A stretch of DNA of 64,000 nucleotides from Escherichia coli (lineage in GTDB: Bacteria; Pseudomonadota; Gammaproteobacteria; Enterobacterales; Enterobacteriaceae), in the NCBI RefSeq assembly GCF_048403405.1, contig NZ_CP183129.1; one strand, written 5' to 3'. Below, in pieces: positions 63,633-64,000 of this stretch. Position 1 is the first letter of the stretch. Each line of letters begins with the position of its first letter. A model generated the notes under the pieces. That model had not been told where the DNA came from, ran no database searches, and was given only the letters and a program-made list of their open reading frames with translations. A program made the position numbers and the translations under genes.

Positions 63633-63648
63633 TGCATAAAGGATGCCA
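63633..63648 (-). promoter_or_regulatory. Sigma54 (-24/-12) promoter of the hyf operon
   Basis: Minus-strand TGGCAT-N7-TGCA with GG and GC spaced one helical turn apart, ~45 nt upstream of hyfA; fits a HyfR/FhlA-activated sigma54 operon. Confidence 0.6.
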
Positions 63649-63843
63649 GTCTTATTAATTTAATATATTCAATAAGTTATGAATTAACTGGATTCTGAAC
63701 GGTACAAAAATGATGGTCATTAACGTTCAGCAAAAAATGGATTCGACACCCGTGTCGCAGGGGAACGCGAGAATGTGATCTTGATCACGAGAAGTGAGGT
63801 GTGCTGGCCGCAAGCGCAGCCAGCACGGAATGGAGCAAAGTAA

Positions 63844-64000
63844 TCAGGCGTGTTCTTTCAGCCAGTTCAGCACAACGTCGTGGTGATTGCTGGTTTTAAA
63901 ATCGTCAAAGACATGTTCGATTTTGCCATCAGCGTCAATCAGGAAGCTGATGCGATGAATACCATCGTAGGTTTTGCCCATGAAGGACTTTTCACCCCAG
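63844..64000 (-). CDS. bcp: Thiol peroxidase Bcp (peroxiredoxin), 3' fragment; 5' end beyond the window
   Basis: Minus-strand translation ...GEKSFMGKTYDGIHRISFLIDADGKIEHVFDDFKTSNHHDVVLNWLKEHA-stop; K-12 neighbour of hyfA. Confidence 0.85.
   Translation of the reverse strand, partial: WGEKSFMGKTYDGIHRISFLIDADGKIEHVFDDFKTSNHHDVVLNWLKEHA

Overview
The window has two parts. Positions 1 to about 33,820 are the right-hand ~34 kb of a temperate prophage whose left end (integrase and lysogeny module) lies outside the window. Reading left to right it carries a replication module (O-like and lambda P-like proteins), a block of small early genes (DUF1064, Ead/Ea22-like, DUF551), terminase small and large subunits, a phage tRNA-Arg(UCU) on the opposite strand, a T7-like/epsilon15-like virion module (portal, scaffold, major capsid, tubular-type proteins, three large internal ejection proteins), a ~4.6 kb AT-rich accessory island, a tailspike with a C-terminal self-cleaving chaperone domain, and a lysis cassette (holin, GH19 endolysin, Rz with embedded Rz1). 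The prophage ends at an orphan guaA 3' end (IEWE-stop) and the guaA terminator, which suggests integration into the 3' end of guaA. Positions 33,900 to 64,000 are ordinary E. coli core chromosome in reverse K-12 orientation: yfgI, yfgH, yfgG, pdeF, ppx, ppk, purN, purM, upp, uraA, hda, yfgD, bepA, perM, focB, hyfR, hyfJIHGFEDCBA and the 3' end of bcp. The candidates most worth follow-up are all in the prophage: a two-gene toxin-antitoxin-like pair with an apparently frame-split YafO-like toxin, a family of TTACC-N5-GGTAA palindromes and a TATGTGGTT-N5-GGTAATA module in front of transcription units, an AT-rich secreted ankyrin-like protein, and a run of three abutting short ORFs that may be one frameshifted gene. 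All protein calls come from reading the translations and recalling family signatures; no database search was run. Hand-mapped non-ORF coordinates may be off by 1-2 nt.
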